This document shows, piece after piece, positions 10,786 to 21,482 of a DNA stretch of 64,000 bases. Origin of the DNA: Candidatus Polarisedimenticolaceae bacterium (GTDB lineage Bacteria; Acidobacteriota; Polarisedimenticolia; Polarisedimenticolales; Polarisedimenticolaceae); contig CAWBPP010000007.1 in the NCBI GenBank assembly GCA_963790785.1, forward strand, positions 61,537 through 125,536, in the 5' to 3' direction. Position numbers and translations under genes: made by a program. The notes beneath the pieces are model-generated. The model saw nothing but the letters and a program-made list of their open reading frames with translations, was not told where the DNA came from and did no database searches. Within the stretch, counting starts at the first letter, position 1; every line of letters begins with the position of its first letter.

Positions 10786-10810
10786 TCGAACGCAGATACA
10801 ACCGTTAATG

Positions 10811-10845
10811 GCAAGGGACGCCCCCTGTGGGCGTCCCTTTTTTTC
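10811..10845 (+). terminator. Rho-independent terminator after the RRM gene
   Basis: GGGACGCCC-cctgt-GGGCGTCCC hairpin followed by TTTTTTT. Confidence 0.7.
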
Positions 10846-10950
10846 CCCGCAGATGCCCCGGCGTGGTACCGACCCAGCCAGTAACATACGGGCCGGTCCT
10901 TTCCGACGACGACGGCAAGCGGGTCGCGGAGTTCGTGTTAAGGTTGAAGG

Positions 10951-11523
10951 GTGGAGGCCTATATGGGGAGACATATGCAGCTCATCGCTCTTCTCGTCGC
11001 CGTTCTGGCGATCGACCCGATCCATGCCGGCGCCGATCGGTCCGCCTCGATGAAGACTGTGGCCGAGGTCGATCTTGAGCGGTACGTCGGCCGCTGGTAT
11101 GAAATCTCGCGCTTGCCGAACCGTTTCCAGAAAGGTTGTGCCGGCAACGTCACCGCCGAGTACGCCGTTCGTGACGACGGTCGCATCGACGTCGTCAACC
11201 GCTGCAGGACGACCGCTGGAGAGGAGATGAAGGCGGTGGGTGTCGCCCGGATCGTTGACGCAACGACCTGCGCGAAGCTCAAGGTGCGCTTTGCGCCCGC
11301 GTTCCTCTCGTTCCTCCCGATGGTCTGGGGCGACTACTGGATCCTTGATCTGGCGCCGGACTACCGCTACGTCGTCGTGGGCGAGCCGTCCCGCAGGTAT
11401 CTTTGGGTTCTGGCCCGCGAGCCGACGCTGGACGACGCGACCTACCGGGGCATTCTCGAACGGATCGAGGCGCAGGGATACGATCCGAACGACCTGGTCC
11501 GAACCGCGCACGACAACCTGTAG
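10951..11523 (+). CDS. blc: Bacterial lipocalin Blc
   Basis: Signal peptide, then the lipocalin signature DLERYVGRWYEISRLPNRFQKGC. C-terminus GYDPNDLVRTAHDNL. Exact start ambiguous (GTG 10951 / ATG 10963 / ATG 10975). Confidence 0.85.
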   Translation: MEAYMGRHMQLIALLVAVLAIDPIHAGADRSASMKTVAEVDLERYVGRWYEISRLPNRFQKGCAGNVTAEYAVRDDGRIDVVNRCRTTAGEEMKAVGVARIVDATTCAKLKVRFAPAFLSFLPMVWGDYWILDLAPDYRYVVVGEPSRRYLWVLAREPTLDDATYRGILERIEAQGYDPNDLVRTAHDNL

Positions 11524-11539
11524 GGCCTCGTTCCACAAT

Positions 11540-12028
11540 ATGGATCGCACCGGCAGAGGAGTAGTCAAGAAGATGAAATCCGAATGGACCGAAGTCGCAG
11601 CGGAGTGGTGTGGTGAACAGGCTTTCACCGGCAGGAACGAATCCGGCGGAACCGTTGCGATGGGCACTGTGGAGGAGGCACAAGCCTGCATTGCGCCCAT
11701 GGAGATGCTGCTGCTCGGGCTGGCCGGCTGCACCGGAGTCGACGTAGTCCTCATCCTTCGGAAAATGCGCCAGCCTCTCGCAAGAGTGCGTGTCGAGGTG
11801 CGGGCGAAACGGGCGGACAGCCATCCCAGGGTTTACACGGAGATCGAAATTACCTACCTGCTCTCCGGAGAGGAACTGAGCAAGCAGGCGATCGAAAAGG
11901 CAATCAAACTGTCGGAAGAGAAATACTGCTCAGCCAGCGCCATGTTGGAGATGACGGCGAAGATCCGTTCATCGTATCGCCTGGTCTCTGAAAGTGACGA
12001 CACCAAGGGGACGGCACTTCACTCGTAG
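11540..12028 (+). CDS. OsmC/Ohr-family protein (copy 1)
   Basis: PMEMLLLGLAGCTGVDVVLIL...EEKYCSASAML, the OsmC fold with conserved Cys pair. About 90% nt identical to 28917..29393 by eye. Confidence 0.8.
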   Translation: MDRTGRGVVKKMKSEWTEVAAEWCGEQAFTGRNESGGTVAMGTVEEAQACIAPMEMLLLGLAGCTGVDVVLILRKMRQPLARVRVEVRAKRADSHPRVYTEIEITYLLSGEELSKQAIEKAIKLSEEKYCSASAMLEMTAKIRSSYRLVSESDDTKGTALHS

Positions 12029-12890
12029 GCCTCGACCCTGTAAAAGCCGGCCGGGCTGCCGAGGGGGTCGTACGCGGACATAAGCGTCCCGTCGCCCACG
12101 ACACTCTGGAGGAGGGTCCAAGACGACTCGCTGAGGTCCGTCTTGTAGAGCACATCGTAATTCAAACCTACCTGTGTTTCGAACGAAATCTGGACGTCCG
12201 TCTCCGTGCGATAGAGCTGCAGCTCGATCTGCGGGCCGATGCCGCCAAGGGTCGTGAAGCCGTTGTCGTAGATCCTGATCCAGTCCACCCGGTATTCCGC
12301 CGGAAACGGTGCGGTGATCAGGCTGCTGTCTCCGGTGATGCCGGTGTAGTTGCCACCGACGGCCAGGTTCAGGAGGAGGAAGTGCGGCTGGTGGAACTCC
12401 TCGCCGTCGAAGCTCGCCGGGTCCGAGATGTCCATGGTCCAGATCCAGATGCCATCGATGTAGGTGGAAATATAGGTCGGTGTCCATTCCATGCGGTAGA
12501 TGTGGAACGAGTCGTTCAGATCGGTGGCCGACGTGTAGCTCAGTCCGTAGCCGGCGTAGTTGTCCTGAAATTCCCAGTGCGCCGCCGATCCGACACGCCG
12601 GTTGACCACTCCATCTGCGATCGCCGCTGCGCTCCCCATCTCGACGATATCGATCTCACCGCAGTCGGGCCAGCCGACGGTGGAGACGTTGTTTCCCAGC
12701 CGCAGATCCCCTCGGCACAGCCGTCGCCGATGGCGAAGGTCCAAACCGAGTTTTGGAGGGTCGAAACGGAACTGAATTCCTCGCTCCATAACAGCGTCTG
12801 GGCGCTGGACGGTCCGGCCAGGAACAGCGCGACGGCTGCAAGAAGCAAGGTTCGCCCCGGGCCAGGCCGCAGATATTCACATATCTTCAT
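12019..12890 (-). pseudogene. Glycoside hydrolase family 16 (laminarinase-like) gene with ~0.2 kb internal deletion and frame break (copy 1)
   Basis: Signal peptide + AQTLLWSEEFSS... (ORF 12540..12890) and ...VSTVGWPDCGEIDIVEMGS...FYRVEAYE (ORF 12019..12789) are in different frames. Versus the intact paralog 29423..30508, ~70 aa are missing between two CCCAGC direct repeats. Confidence 0.7.
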
Positions 12891-13300
12891 AGTGCCCTTG
12901 AATGTACCGTGATCGCTTGAAAGCTGCCAGCGACCCCTGTTTGCGGTCGGTCTGCCTGATTATCGACGTGAGTTGTGATGAAGGCATGGGGTTCTATTTC
13001 GCCAAACCCACGACGTTCAGGGAGCCCATTTTCAAGGTCGGGCGGGCCGACTACTACGCGGTTGATCATACGCCCACGTATCTTTGGGAAAGCGCGTCGC
13101 GCGCCATCTCCGCCGCCCTGATCGTGCACATACCCTCGGTGGTGGCAGGCCGGGAAAGCTGGCAACAGAACGAGACGATTCGGAGGGCCGTAAACATCGA
13201 CGCCGGCGTCGTGGTGAAACCCGCCATCCTGTCGTTTCAACACCGGCAGCCGAACTATCCGCACGCCTCGTTGTGATCCTGCCGGTTCTGCGCGATTCAC

Positions 13301-13426
13301 CGGACTCTGAGTCCGATACGGGAGTCCGTGGTTGCAAGATTTCTGCGGAATGACTGTGTTTTTCGTGTCCGTAGAGTCCGCTGCAGTTTGGCTGTTTCAT
13401 CCTCGATGTCAATTTTTGGCCACTCC
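13301..13426 (+). repeat. U-repeat copy A (starts with palindrome CGGACTCtGAGTCCG)
   Basis: About 80% identical over ~115 nt to 26846..26964. Shares gagtccg-acgggag-ggttgcaag-tgtgtttttcgt-tccgtagag-atgtca(a/c)tttttgg with copies at 16157 and 24568. Confidence 0.6.
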
Positions 13427-13561
13427 GGAACTGAGGCGGGCCTTACTTCGGCTCGTTAGAAACGCCGGCTATAATTCCTATCCGTTTTCATGCCGGTGGT
13501 GGCGAGTGTGGTGTTGACATATTATCTCTGACCGGACAAAAATCTAAATTCGCAGCTCGAA

Positions 13562-14608
13562 ATGCTTGTCCGCTATGAGGCAGTGACTTTGAATCCGATG
13601 AAATTGCGCCAACTTAGTACCGTTTTAAACTGCCTTATATGGACCTTGCTCCCCTTGATTATTGGTCTGGTAGTTACCGGTTTCGCCATGGGACCGATCT
13701 TCAAGATCCTGCCGCACGACCTGATGCGCGTCAATACCATCCTGCGTGCCCTGGACAACGATAATCACGAACCACAGGGAGTGCTTTTCGGCAATAGCGT
13801 TGCCATGAACGGATTCGACACTCGGCGTCTCGGTGAATTACTTTCTGATGGAGGTGAGATACTAAACCTGAGTTCAACCGGGCAAACGCTTCCCGAGAGT
13901 CTTTTGTATTACCAGGAACTCCCTTCTTCCGTCACACGGATCATCCAGGTCGTCATGCCGATGACACTGGAGAAGCAACAAAAACTCAGAGAAGATACAT
14001 ATAACGCCTTCTATTTTTATGGATACCGCCCAGAAAGTGCGATGTCGGAGATGATACGGGGAAGTGCCGGTGAGGCTGCGTATGAACTGTTGAACCGCTC
14101 TAATATATGGCATCGCTTCCACGGTCGGTGGGTGCTCCGACAATGGATCGATACCGGGGTCAGGAGTTTCCTGCGAACTGACCTGAACCTCGGTCGAGCA
14201 AGGAATGATCTTTATTATCCCGCTCCTTACACCAGGAGAATCCCGCCCCAGAAAACTGCCAGGCTGCTTGAGCTTTGGAAGGAGCCCCGTGAGGATGAAC
14301 GACTCCGGGTGTCGCCTTCCGCACGCAATACACTCCGGATGATGGCGGATTATGCCGCCCGTACCGACCGGGAATTCTACCTGGTGGTGGCGCCGATGCA
14401 CCCGGAACTGCGGGAACACTTCGGCGAGAGATTCTTCCGGGATATCGGTGAATTGCGCAGGTACCTCGGGTTGGTTTCCAGCGACGGCATAATCGATGCA
14501 ACGGCGTTACTGCAGGAGAGCCAGTTCATCGATCACGCCCACCCCACGGCCGAGGGGGCCAGGCTCCTGGAGGCGATGGTCGCTTCCTCAATCGAGGATG
14601 GCGCCTGA
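13562..14608 (+). CDS. Membrane-anchored partner protein of MBOAT acyltransferase (SGNH/DltD-AlgJ-like, tentative)
   Basis: N-terminal TM helix, GVLFGNSVAMNGFD block resembling SGNH block I. Immediately upstream of, and 1-nt overlapping, the MBOAT gene. Lower GC than surroundings. Confidence 0.4.
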   Translation: MLVRYEAVTLNPMKLRQLSTVLNCLIWTLLPLIIGLVVTGFAMGPIFKILPHDLMRVNTILRALDNDNHEPQGVLFGNSVAMNGFDTRRLGELLSDGGEILNLSSTGQTLPESLLYYQELPSSVTRIIQVVMPMTLEKQQKLREDTYNAFYFYGYRPESAMSEMIRGSAGEAAYELLNRSNIWHRFHGRWVLRQWIDTGVRSFLRTDLNLGRARNDLYYPAPYTRRIPPQKTARLLELWKEPREDERLRVSPSARNTLRMMADYAARTDREFYLVVAPMHPELREHFGERFFRDIGELRRYLGLVSSDGIIDATALLQESQFIDHAHPTAEGARLLEAMVASSIEDGA

Positions 14609-16048
14609 TGCTGTTCTATTCTCCGGAGTTCCTGGTATTCTCCCTGGCGCTTCTCGCCTTGCTGGGGCTTATCCACCGCCAGGCGCCAAGAAAAGTTCTT
14701 CTGCTGGTAAGTAGCTACATCTTTTACATGTGGTGGAATCCCGCCTTCATCCTGTTGATCATATTTTCGACTGTAGTCGATTACCTGGTCGGACGCAGGA
14801 TGGCGGTCACCGATCACACGGGGAAAAGAAGGCTGTTGCTGGTGACCAGCCTGGTCGCCAATCTGGGCCTGCTCGGTACCTTCAAGTACGCGGGGTTCTT
14901 TCAGGAAAATCTCCTGGCCGCTCTTAGGCTTCTCGGCACCGAACCTGGCTGGACTTCGTTGCATATCGTTCTTCCAGTAGGAATCTCCTTCTACACTTTC
15001 CAGACCATGAGTTACACCATCGATCTCTACCGGCGGGAGATCGGTGTCTGTCGTTCGCCTCTCGACTTCGCACTGTTTGTGGCGTTCTTTCCACAACTGG
15101 TGGCCGGTCCGATCGTCCGCGCCCGTGATTTTCTTCCTCAACTACTCGAACCAATCAAATTGTATGTGGATCGCAAGACACTCCTCCTGATTCTCAGGGG
15201 ATTGGCCAAGAAGGTCCTTATCGCCGACAACATCGCAGGATTCGCCGATGTCGTGTTCGAGAACCCGGGCAGTTATCCGAGCACGGTTATCTGGTTTGGC
15301 ACCATCTGCTTCACAATACAGGTCTACTGCGACTTCTCGGGGTACTCCGACATAGCCATCGGTGTGGCGCGGATCCTCGGTTTTCGCCTGCCCCTTAACT
15401 TCAACCGGCCCTACTTCGCAAGCAACCCGAACGAATTCTGGAAGAGATGGCACATAAGTCTTTCTACATGGCTGCGGGATTACCTGTACATTCCCCTGGG
15501 CGGGAACAGGGGCGGTACCGTCAAGTTGTACCGCAATCTGATGCTGACAATGCTTCTGGGCGGGTTATGGCACGGTGCCAATTGGAACTACATCCTGTGG
15601 GGTTTTCACCACGGCCTACTGCTCGTAGGGCACCGACTGTGGCGTGGTTTCAGAGTGAAATATTTCGGTGAGAGTAAAGGTTCTCCCGGTCACTTTACGA
15701 CAGTAATCTCCATTCTGTTCACGCAGTATTGCATAATGCTTACCATGATCACCTTCCGAGTCTCCGACCTGAGTCAGACGCTGCCGACGCTTAAGAAGTT
15801 CATCTTCTTCGACTTCGATTTCGGATTGACGAGCATAGGGATCGGGTCGATGTCGCTGTTCAGCACGCATCGTCCTGGTGGCGTTATTCCTGGTCCTGCA
15901 TGTGAACGCCAAGTTCAAAGGTGATTTCGAAACAAGAATGTCCAGGTTGCCGAACCTGGTCTACGCGGTGCCGTTGGTCATAATCGGGATAGCCTTTTTT
16001 ATCCTGTGGCCGATGCAGGAGGCGCCGTTCATATACTTCCAGTTCTGA
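14608..16048 (+). CDS. MBOAT-family O-acyltransferase (AlgI/DltB-like); frame break near 15871-15876
   Basis: MBOAT motifs (FWKRWHISLSTWLRDYLYIPLGG, conserved His in LWHGANWN). The called ORF ends at 15924, but removing one C from tcgtCCtgg restores ...STHRLVALFLVLHVNAKF...PFIYFQF* ending at 16048, a typical AlgI C-terminus. Confidence 0.75.
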
Positions 16049-16065
16049 GTCAAACGCCACTGCTT

Positions 16066-16195
16066 AATGGGCCCGGAAGGACTCCCTCCTCCGCTAACGC
16101 TTCGGAGGGCAGGCGACGCCGAAGGCGCGCGGAGCAACCTGGGACCGACGGATTATGAGTCCGCTTCAGCAGTGCGTGGTTGCAAGGTTTTTAAG
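16066..16195 (-). repeat. Degenerate tRNA-Met 3' fragment carrying a ~51-nt insertion, plus partial U-repeat copy B
   Basis: aacctgggaccgacggattatgagtccg (16136-16163) is identical to the tRNA's internal 3' portion. 16069-16105 resembles 24655-24704. gagtccg...ggttgcaaggttttt follows at 16157. Confidence 0.55.
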
Positions 16196-16340
16196 GAGCA
16201 AGGTTCGCACCGGGCCAAACCGCTGATCTCCAAAGATCGTCGGAATCTTCATCCGCCATGCTCCTGTAGCAGCCGACAGATAGCAACATGGACCCTACAA
16301 GTGTGATCGTCACGAAACGAAGAAAGAACTTCCTTGGGGA

Positions 16341-17117
16341 TCAGCTTTGTGGCGGCCAAGGCAAAAAGGCGCTGGTCCTGCGAGCGTACGCGCCGTATTC
16401 CGGTTTCGTCTCCGACAAGCTTTTCTCCAGCAGGCTGACTCCCGAGACCTTGAGCAGCAGGAAGGTCATCAGGATCGGGCTGGCGATCGTCCATAGCGAG
16501 CCCGGTGCCGAGAGCGCAATCAGGAATAAGCCCCACCAGACAACGGTGTCTCCGAAATAGTTCGGATGCCTGGTGTAGCGCCAGAGCCCGCTCTGCATGA
16601 CTCGGCCGCTGTTGCCCGGGTCGTTCTTGAACCGGGCCAGCTGCAGGTCTCCTACCGTCTCGAACAGGAAGCCGATGGCGAACAGGACGGTGCCGGCCGC
16701 GTCGAGCCAGGTTAATTCGTCAGGTTGGACCGCGTGCTGCGCAACGAGAAGGGGCGCGGAGACGAACCAGAGTATCGATGCCTGGAGCAAAAAGATGGCG
16801 AACAGGCTCCAGAGGGCGAAGTTCCGGGAATGTCTCTTGCGCATGTCCTGATAGCGATAGTCTTCGCCGCGGCCGATGCTTCGCACCAGGATGTGAAGCG
16901 ACAACCTCAGCCCCCAGAGGCTGACCAAGGCGACCGTGAGAACCTTGCGTACGGTCATGGCATCGGAAGTTAAGAAATAGAACCAGGCCACCACCACGAA
17001 GCCGAGTCCCCAGAATATATCGATGATGCCGGCATCACGCCGGACCAGGCTGAGCAGCCAGACCAGCGTCATCATGCAGAGGGCGAGAAGCAGGGCGATG
17101 GCAAATGTCGTCAGCAT
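16341..17117 (-). CDS. DUF1295 family polytopic membrane protein (methyltransferase/5-alpha-reductase-like fold)
   Basis: 258 aa, ~7 TM helices, C-terminal RHPNYFGD motif. Last gene of the co-directional operon that starts at 21430. Confidence 0.6.
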   Translation of the reverse strand: MLTTFAIALLLALCMMTLVWLLSLVRRDAGIIDIFWGLGFVVVAWFYFLTSDAMTVRKVLTVALVSLWGLRLSLHILVRSIGRGEDYRYQDMRKRHSRNFALWSLFAIFLLQASILWFVSAPLLVAQHAVQPDELTWLDAAGTVLFAIGFLFETVGDLQLARFKNDPGNSGRVMQSGLWRYTRHPNYFGDTVVWWGLFLIALSAPGSLWTIASPILMTFLLLKVSGVSLLEKSLSETKPEYGAYARRTSAFLPWPPQS

Positions 17118-17171
17118 GGCAGGTCAGGCTGCCTTCCTTAACAGCAGTTTCTCGATCAGCGTGACTCGCAT

Positions 17172-18182
17172 TCACCGGCTCCTTTCGAACAGGTAATGGC
17201 CGACCATCCACTCCTCGCCGCCGCCGTAGGCGAATAGTTCCTCGCAGGCCATGAAGAACATACGCCAACGACGGATCCAGCGACTGGCCCGGGACGCCCC
17301 GTAGACCGAGCGGAATATTTCCAGGATGTGGTCATGCCGGGTGTCGAACAGATCCAGCCAAGCCCGTAGGGTTTTGGCGTAGTGGTTGCCGTTGACCTGC
17401 CAGCGATGCGTGACAGAGAGATCTTCCGTAAAGCGATCGAACAGATCCCAAGAGGGCATCATGCCGCCGGTGAAGAAATATCTCGCCATCCAGTCGTCAT
17501 CGCCGTCGATCTCGAAGAAATAGGGGATCGCTCGATGGCAGAAGATGTGAACAAACAGCTTGCCCTCCGGGCTCAGCCAGGAAGCGATTTTTTTAAGCAG
17601 CAGCCGATAGTTCCGCATGTGCTCGATCATCTCCACCGAGACGACGCGATCGAAGCGCTGGTCGGTGTCGAATTCGTTAATGTCCGCCGTCAGGACCTCT
17701 ATGCCGGCGAGTCCCCGCCTCTCGGCCTCCGCCTCGATGAACTCTTTCTGGGAGGATGAGTTCGATATGGCGGTTATCCTGCAATCCCTGTACATCTCGG
17801 CGACCCAGAGCGTCGTGGAGCCCCAGCCGCAGCCGAGATCGAGAACCTTCATGCCGTTTTCGATCCCGGCCCGCCTGCAGGTCAGCCGGAGCATCGACTC
17901 TTCGGCTGCGTCGAGATCCTGGACGCCCTGTTCCCAGAGGCAGCTGCTGTACTTGAGCCTCGGTCCCAGGACCCGCTTGAAGAAACCGGCCGGGAGCTCG
18001 TAGTGTTGCGCATTGGCCAGGTCGGTCCCGAGCGCGAGTGGGCTCTCGAGCATCTTCGGAACCAGGTCGGCCGCGACACCGCTCTCCTTCCGCAGACGTC
18101 CACGCAGCAGTCCGCGGATCCCCAAGCGGACCATGAAGTCGGGGAGGAGGCCCCGTTCGGCGGTCTCGGCACTCCAGTTCAT
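17172..18182 (-). CDS. Cyclopropane-fatty-acyl-phospholipid synthase family SAM-dependent methyltransferase (paralog 1)
   Basis: SAM motif VLDLGCGWGS; CMAS-family C-terminus HYAKTLRAW...FMACEELFAYGG. Confidence 0.85.
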   Translation of the reverse strand: MNWSAETAERGLLPDFMVRLGIRGLLRGRLRKESGVAADLVPKMLESPLALGTDLANAQHYELPAGFFKRVLGPRLKYSSCLWEQGVQDLDAAEESMLRLTCRRAGIENGMKVLDLGCGWGSTTLWVAEMYRDCRITAISNSSSQKEFIEAEAERRGLAGIEVLTADINEFDTDQRFDRVVSVEMIEHMRNYRLLLKKIASWLSPEGKLFVHIFCHRAIPYFFEIDGDDDWMARYFFTGGMMPSWDLFDRFTEDLSVTHRWQVNGNHYAKTLRAWLDLFDTRHDHILEIFRSVYGASRASRWIRRWRMFFMACEELFAYGGGEEWMVGHYLFERSR

Positions 18183-18183
18183 T

Positions 18184-19386
18184 TCAGATCCTCAACGGCT
18201 TGGCCAGCAGCAGCTGGGCATTGTCGACCGTGCGTTCGAGAAAACCGCCTTCGCAGTAGCAGAGGTAGAACTCCCACATCCTGATGAAGCGGTCGTCGTA
18301 CCCGAGCCGGCGTATCCGATCCAGCCTGTCGAAGAAATTTCGGCGCCAGTGCCGGAGTGTAGTGGCGTAATGGGGGCCGATCTCCTGCAGGTCGGCCACC
18401 TTCATGTCGGTCACCCGTCCGAGCGAATCGCGCATTGCGGAGACCGAGGGCAGGAAGCCGCCCGGGAATATATAACGCTGAATGAAATCGACCGAGCGCC
18501 GGTAGCTTTCGTACAGGCGGTCGGCTATTACGATCGCCTGCAGCAGCATCACTCCGTCCGGTTCCAGCAGCTCGCTGCAGGTCCGGAAATAGTGATCGAG
18601 ATAGCGCTCACCCACCGCCTCGATCATTTCTATGGATACCACCTTCCTGAAGCGCCGGTTCAGGCGCTTAGGCAGATCGCGGTAATCCTCGAGCAGGACG
18701 GTGATCCTGTTCGCCAGACCGGCCTGGCGGATCCGCTCCATCGCCATCTTGCGCTGCTCGCCGGAGATGGTCGTTGTTGTGACCCGGCAGCCGAAGTTGC
18801 GTGCTGCATGAATCGCAAGGCCGCCCCAGCCGGTACCGATCTCCAGTAGCTCGTCCTCCGGGCAAAGTTCCAGCTTGCGACAGACCAGATCGATTTTGTG
18901 ACGGGAAGCCTCTTCCAGAGGGCTGCTTTCACACGGAAAGATGGCGCAGGAGTACATCATCGCAGGATCGAGGAATGTTTCGAACAGTTCGTTGCCGAGA
19001 TCGTAGTGGCGGGCGATGTTTCTGCGGCTTCCGAGGCGGGTGTTGCTCCTGCTCCAGTGCAGGAATTTCCGCAATGGTGCGGTCAGCCGCGCCGTGCCCT
19101 TCTCCATGCCCTGGTTGAGCTCCTGGTTGCAGGCGATTATGCGGACCACGCTGGTGAGATCATCGCTGCTCCAGAGGCCGTCCATGTAGGCCTCCCCCGC
19201 TCCGACGGAACCTCCCAGAACGACGTCGGCGTAAAAGGCCGGGTCATGCACCTTGATGGTTGCGGTCAGCGGGCAGCGGTCGGTGGGAGAGCCGAAGGAT
19301 TCTCTGCGGCCGCCATCCTCCAGCACGATGCGACCGTGTTGCATTGCTCTCAAGCCACGGCGAAACAGGCTGTGCATCGGGTTCAT
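18184..19386 (-). CDS. Cyclopropane-fatty-acyl-phospholipid synthase family methyltransferase (paralog 2; UfaM/Cfa-like)
   Basis: [25 protein letters not shown] motif and ...[10 protein letters not shown]...[16 protein letters not shown] tail. Start ATG 19386-19384 overlaps the upstream gene's stop (ATGA). The ORF-track extension to 19932 is off-frame text. Confidence 0.85.
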   Translation of the reverse strand: MNPMHSLFRRGLRAMQHGRIVLEDGGRRESFGSPTDRCPLTATIKVHDPAFYADVVLGGSVGAGEAYMDGLWSSDDLTSVVRIIACNQELNQGMEKGTARLTAPLRKFLHWSRSNTRLGSRRNIARHYDLGNELFETFLDPAMMYSCAIFPCESSPLEEASRHKIDLVCRKLELCPEDELLEIGTGWGGLAIHAARNFGCRVTTTTISGEQRKMAMERIRQAGLANRITVLLEDYRDLPKRLNRRFRKVVSIEMIEAVGERYLDHYFRTCSELLEPDGVMLLQAIVIADRLYESYRRSVDFIQRYIFPGGFLPSVSAMRDSLGRVTDMKVADLQEIGPHYATTLRHWRRNFFDRLDRIRRLGYDDRFIRMWEFYLCYCEGGFLERTVDNAQLLLAKPLRI

Positions 19387-20162
19387 GATCCGCTCCCGGC
19401 GGTGGTCCCCGGATGCGGCTGGAATGGCACTTTCTTGAGCCAGAGCCTGACCGCCTGATAGTAGATCGCCAGGAAGACCTGCAGCGTCATGAGGGGATAA
19501 AGGAAGAGAACGCTTGCCAGGGAGCCGCCGTTGATCTCTCTCCGTTCCAGGTTGAGGGTGGCGTCGAAATGCTTTTGGCCGGTCCGCCGGTTCTCGATGT
19601 GTGCCGTCAGCCGCTTCCCCGGCGGCGTCAGCGCGAAGGAATACTCGAAATCCATTTCCATGAATGGTGAAACATGGAAGCTTTTGGGCCGGCGGCAACG
19701 GAGGCTCGCGCCTTCCTTCCGGGGCTCGAAATCGGCCAGGACGTAGCAGTATCGTTCGTTCCAGGGGGTGTTGTGCACCTCGGCCACGATCGCTTCCACC
19801 CTCAAGCCGGAGCGATCGAAGCAGTAGAAGAAACTGACCGGGTTGATGCAGATACCGAAGTACCTGAGGTGGGTGAGAACCCTGATCGGGCCCTCCGGCC
19901 GCTTGCCGGTCCGCTCTTCCACCAGATTGCACACCGTGTTCTGGAGGGAAACGGCGGGATCGCCGAAATGGTCTTTTCTACGGAACCAGGCCAGCGCCGG
20001 CCGGCGCGCCGACCAGAACCACCTCTTCCTGAACAGCTCACCCAGCTCTTCAAGATCGAGGTACATCATGAAAAGCGGATAACGGAAGGCATGCCGGACC
20101 GGTGCGATGCGGTGGTGCCGTACGTGGCCTCGGTAGATGGCGCTGTCTCTCTCGCGCATCAT
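19383..20162 (-). CDS. DUF1365 family protein (UfaO-like)
   Basis: 259 aa, [31 protein letters not shown]-terminus characteristic of DUF1365. Start/stop coupled to both flanking genes. Confidence 0.8.
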   Translation of the reverse strand: MMRERDSAIYRGHVRHHRIAPVRHAFRYPLFMMYLDLEELGELFRKRWFWSARRPALAWFRRKDHFGDPAVSLQNTVCNLVEERTGKRPEGPIRVLTHLRYFGICINPVSFFYCFDRSGLRVEAIVAEVHNTPWNERYCYVLADFEPRKEGASLRCRRPKSFHVSPFMEMDFEYSFALTPPGKRLTAHIENRRTGQKHFDATLNLERREINGGSLASVLFLYPLMTLQVFLAIYYQAVRLWLKKVPFQPHPGTTAGSGS

Positions 20163-21430
20163 TCCAGCCCGCAGCCGAAATGGCGGCCGACCCTGAGTGC
20201 GCTGACGACCCCATCCTCGTGAAAACCGTTGCGCCAGTAGGCACCGCAGTAATGGGTCCGGTTGACACCGCTGATCTCGCCATGCCTCTCCTGCGCCTCC
20301 AGCGATTCCGGGGTGAAGAGCGGATGCGAGTACTCCATCCGGCGGATCACCTGCGATGGATCGACTGCGCCGTTCTCGTTCAGGCTGACGCAGACGGGAC
20401 TTTCCGTGCCGAGGTTCTGCAGCCGGGACATGTCGTAGGTCAATGTGACCCGGTCCGCTTTCATGGCCGGTATCCTGTAGTTCCAGCTGGCCCGCGCCCT
20501 GCGATTGACGGGGAGCATGAACCCGTCCGTGTGCAGCACCGCGTCATTCTTCTGATACGGGATGACCGCAAGAAGCCGCCTCTCGCTCTCGGTCGGATCG
20601 GCCAGGAGCTTCAGCGCCTGGTCACTGTGCGTACCGATGACGACTTCGTCATACAGCTCCGGTGCCCCATCGGCAGGAATGAGCTCGACGCCGCCGGGCA
20701 GCCGCCTGACCGAGCGGACCGGGGTCGAGGTCCGGATGCGCTCCCGGAAAGATCGGACCAGCGGCTCGACATATCGTTGCGAGCCGCCGCTGATCACGCG
20801 CCATTGCAGGTGGCCGATCATTCCGAGCAAGCCGTGGTTCCGGAAGAAGCGGATGAAGAAATGGGCCGGAAAGTCCAGCGTCCGCTCCGGTCCGGCCGAC
20901 CAGATCGCGGCAGCCATCGGCACGATGTAATACTCGACGAATCCTCTGCCGTAGCGCTGCGCCTGGAGGAACTCGCCCAGGGTGGGGGCCATGACGCCCT
21001 GATCCAGCAGAATGGGCGCTTCCTTGTTGAACCGGACGATGTCCCGCAGCATCCGGTAGAAGGCGGGGCGAACCAGGTTGCGCCTCTGGGCGAACAGTGT
21101 GTTGAGGGAGGTTCCGCAGTACTCCAGGCCGGTCCGTTCGCAAGAGACGCCGAAGCTCATACTGGTCGTCTCGCTGTCGACGCCCAGTTGATCGAGCAGC
21201 TTGACGAAATTGGGGTAGGTGACCTCGTTGTAGACCACAAAACCGGTGTCCACATCCAGCTCCCGACCCTCTAGCTCGATGCCGGTCGTGCTGGCGTGGC
21301 CACCGACCCGGTCGGCCGCCTCGAACAGCGTGATGTCATGCGCCTGTTGGAGCAGATAGGCAGAGACAAGCCCTGAGATTCCTCCCCCGATGATCGCTAT
21401 GTTGGAACGTTTGCCGCGCCCGCGTCCCAT
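20159..21430 (-). CDS. FAD-dependent amine-oxidase-like oxidoreductase (UfaD-like desaturase family)
   Basis: [25 protein letters not shown] Rossmann GxGxxG at the chosen start (ATG 21430). amino_oxidase-like length. Confidence 0.8.
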   Translation of the reverse strand: MGRGRGKRSNIAIIGGGISGLVSAYLLQQAHDITLFEAADRVGGHASTTGIELEGRELDVDTGFVVYNEVTYPNFVKLLDQLGVDSETTSMSFGVSCERTGLEYCGTSLNTLFAQRRNLVRPAFYRMLRDIVRFNKEAPILLDQGVMAPTLGEFLQAQRYGRGFVEYYIVPMAAAIWSAGPERTLDFPAHFFIRFFRNHGLLGMIGHLQWRVISGGSQRYVEPLVRSFRERIRTSTPVRSVRRLPGGVELIPADGAPELYDEVVIGTHSDQALKLLADPTESERRLLAVIPYQKNDAVLHTDGFMLPVNRRARASWNYRIPAMKADRVTLTYDMSRLQNLGTESPVCVSLNENGAVDPSQVIRRMEYSHPLFTPESLEAQERHGEISGVNRTHYCGAYWRNGFHEDGVVSALRVGRHFGCGLE

Positions 21431-21482
21431 TTCTGCTCCAAATGATAGAAATATATAGTGCTTGTTCGTTTCTATGCCTGCG

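Noticed and set aside
11240-11539. N-terminal 100 codons of ORF 11240..12028 as part of the OsmC-like protein
   Set aside because: This part is an alternate-frame read-through of the blc gene. OsmC homology and the paralog at 28917 both begin near MKSEW/KPEW, so the start was set at 11540 (or 11573).
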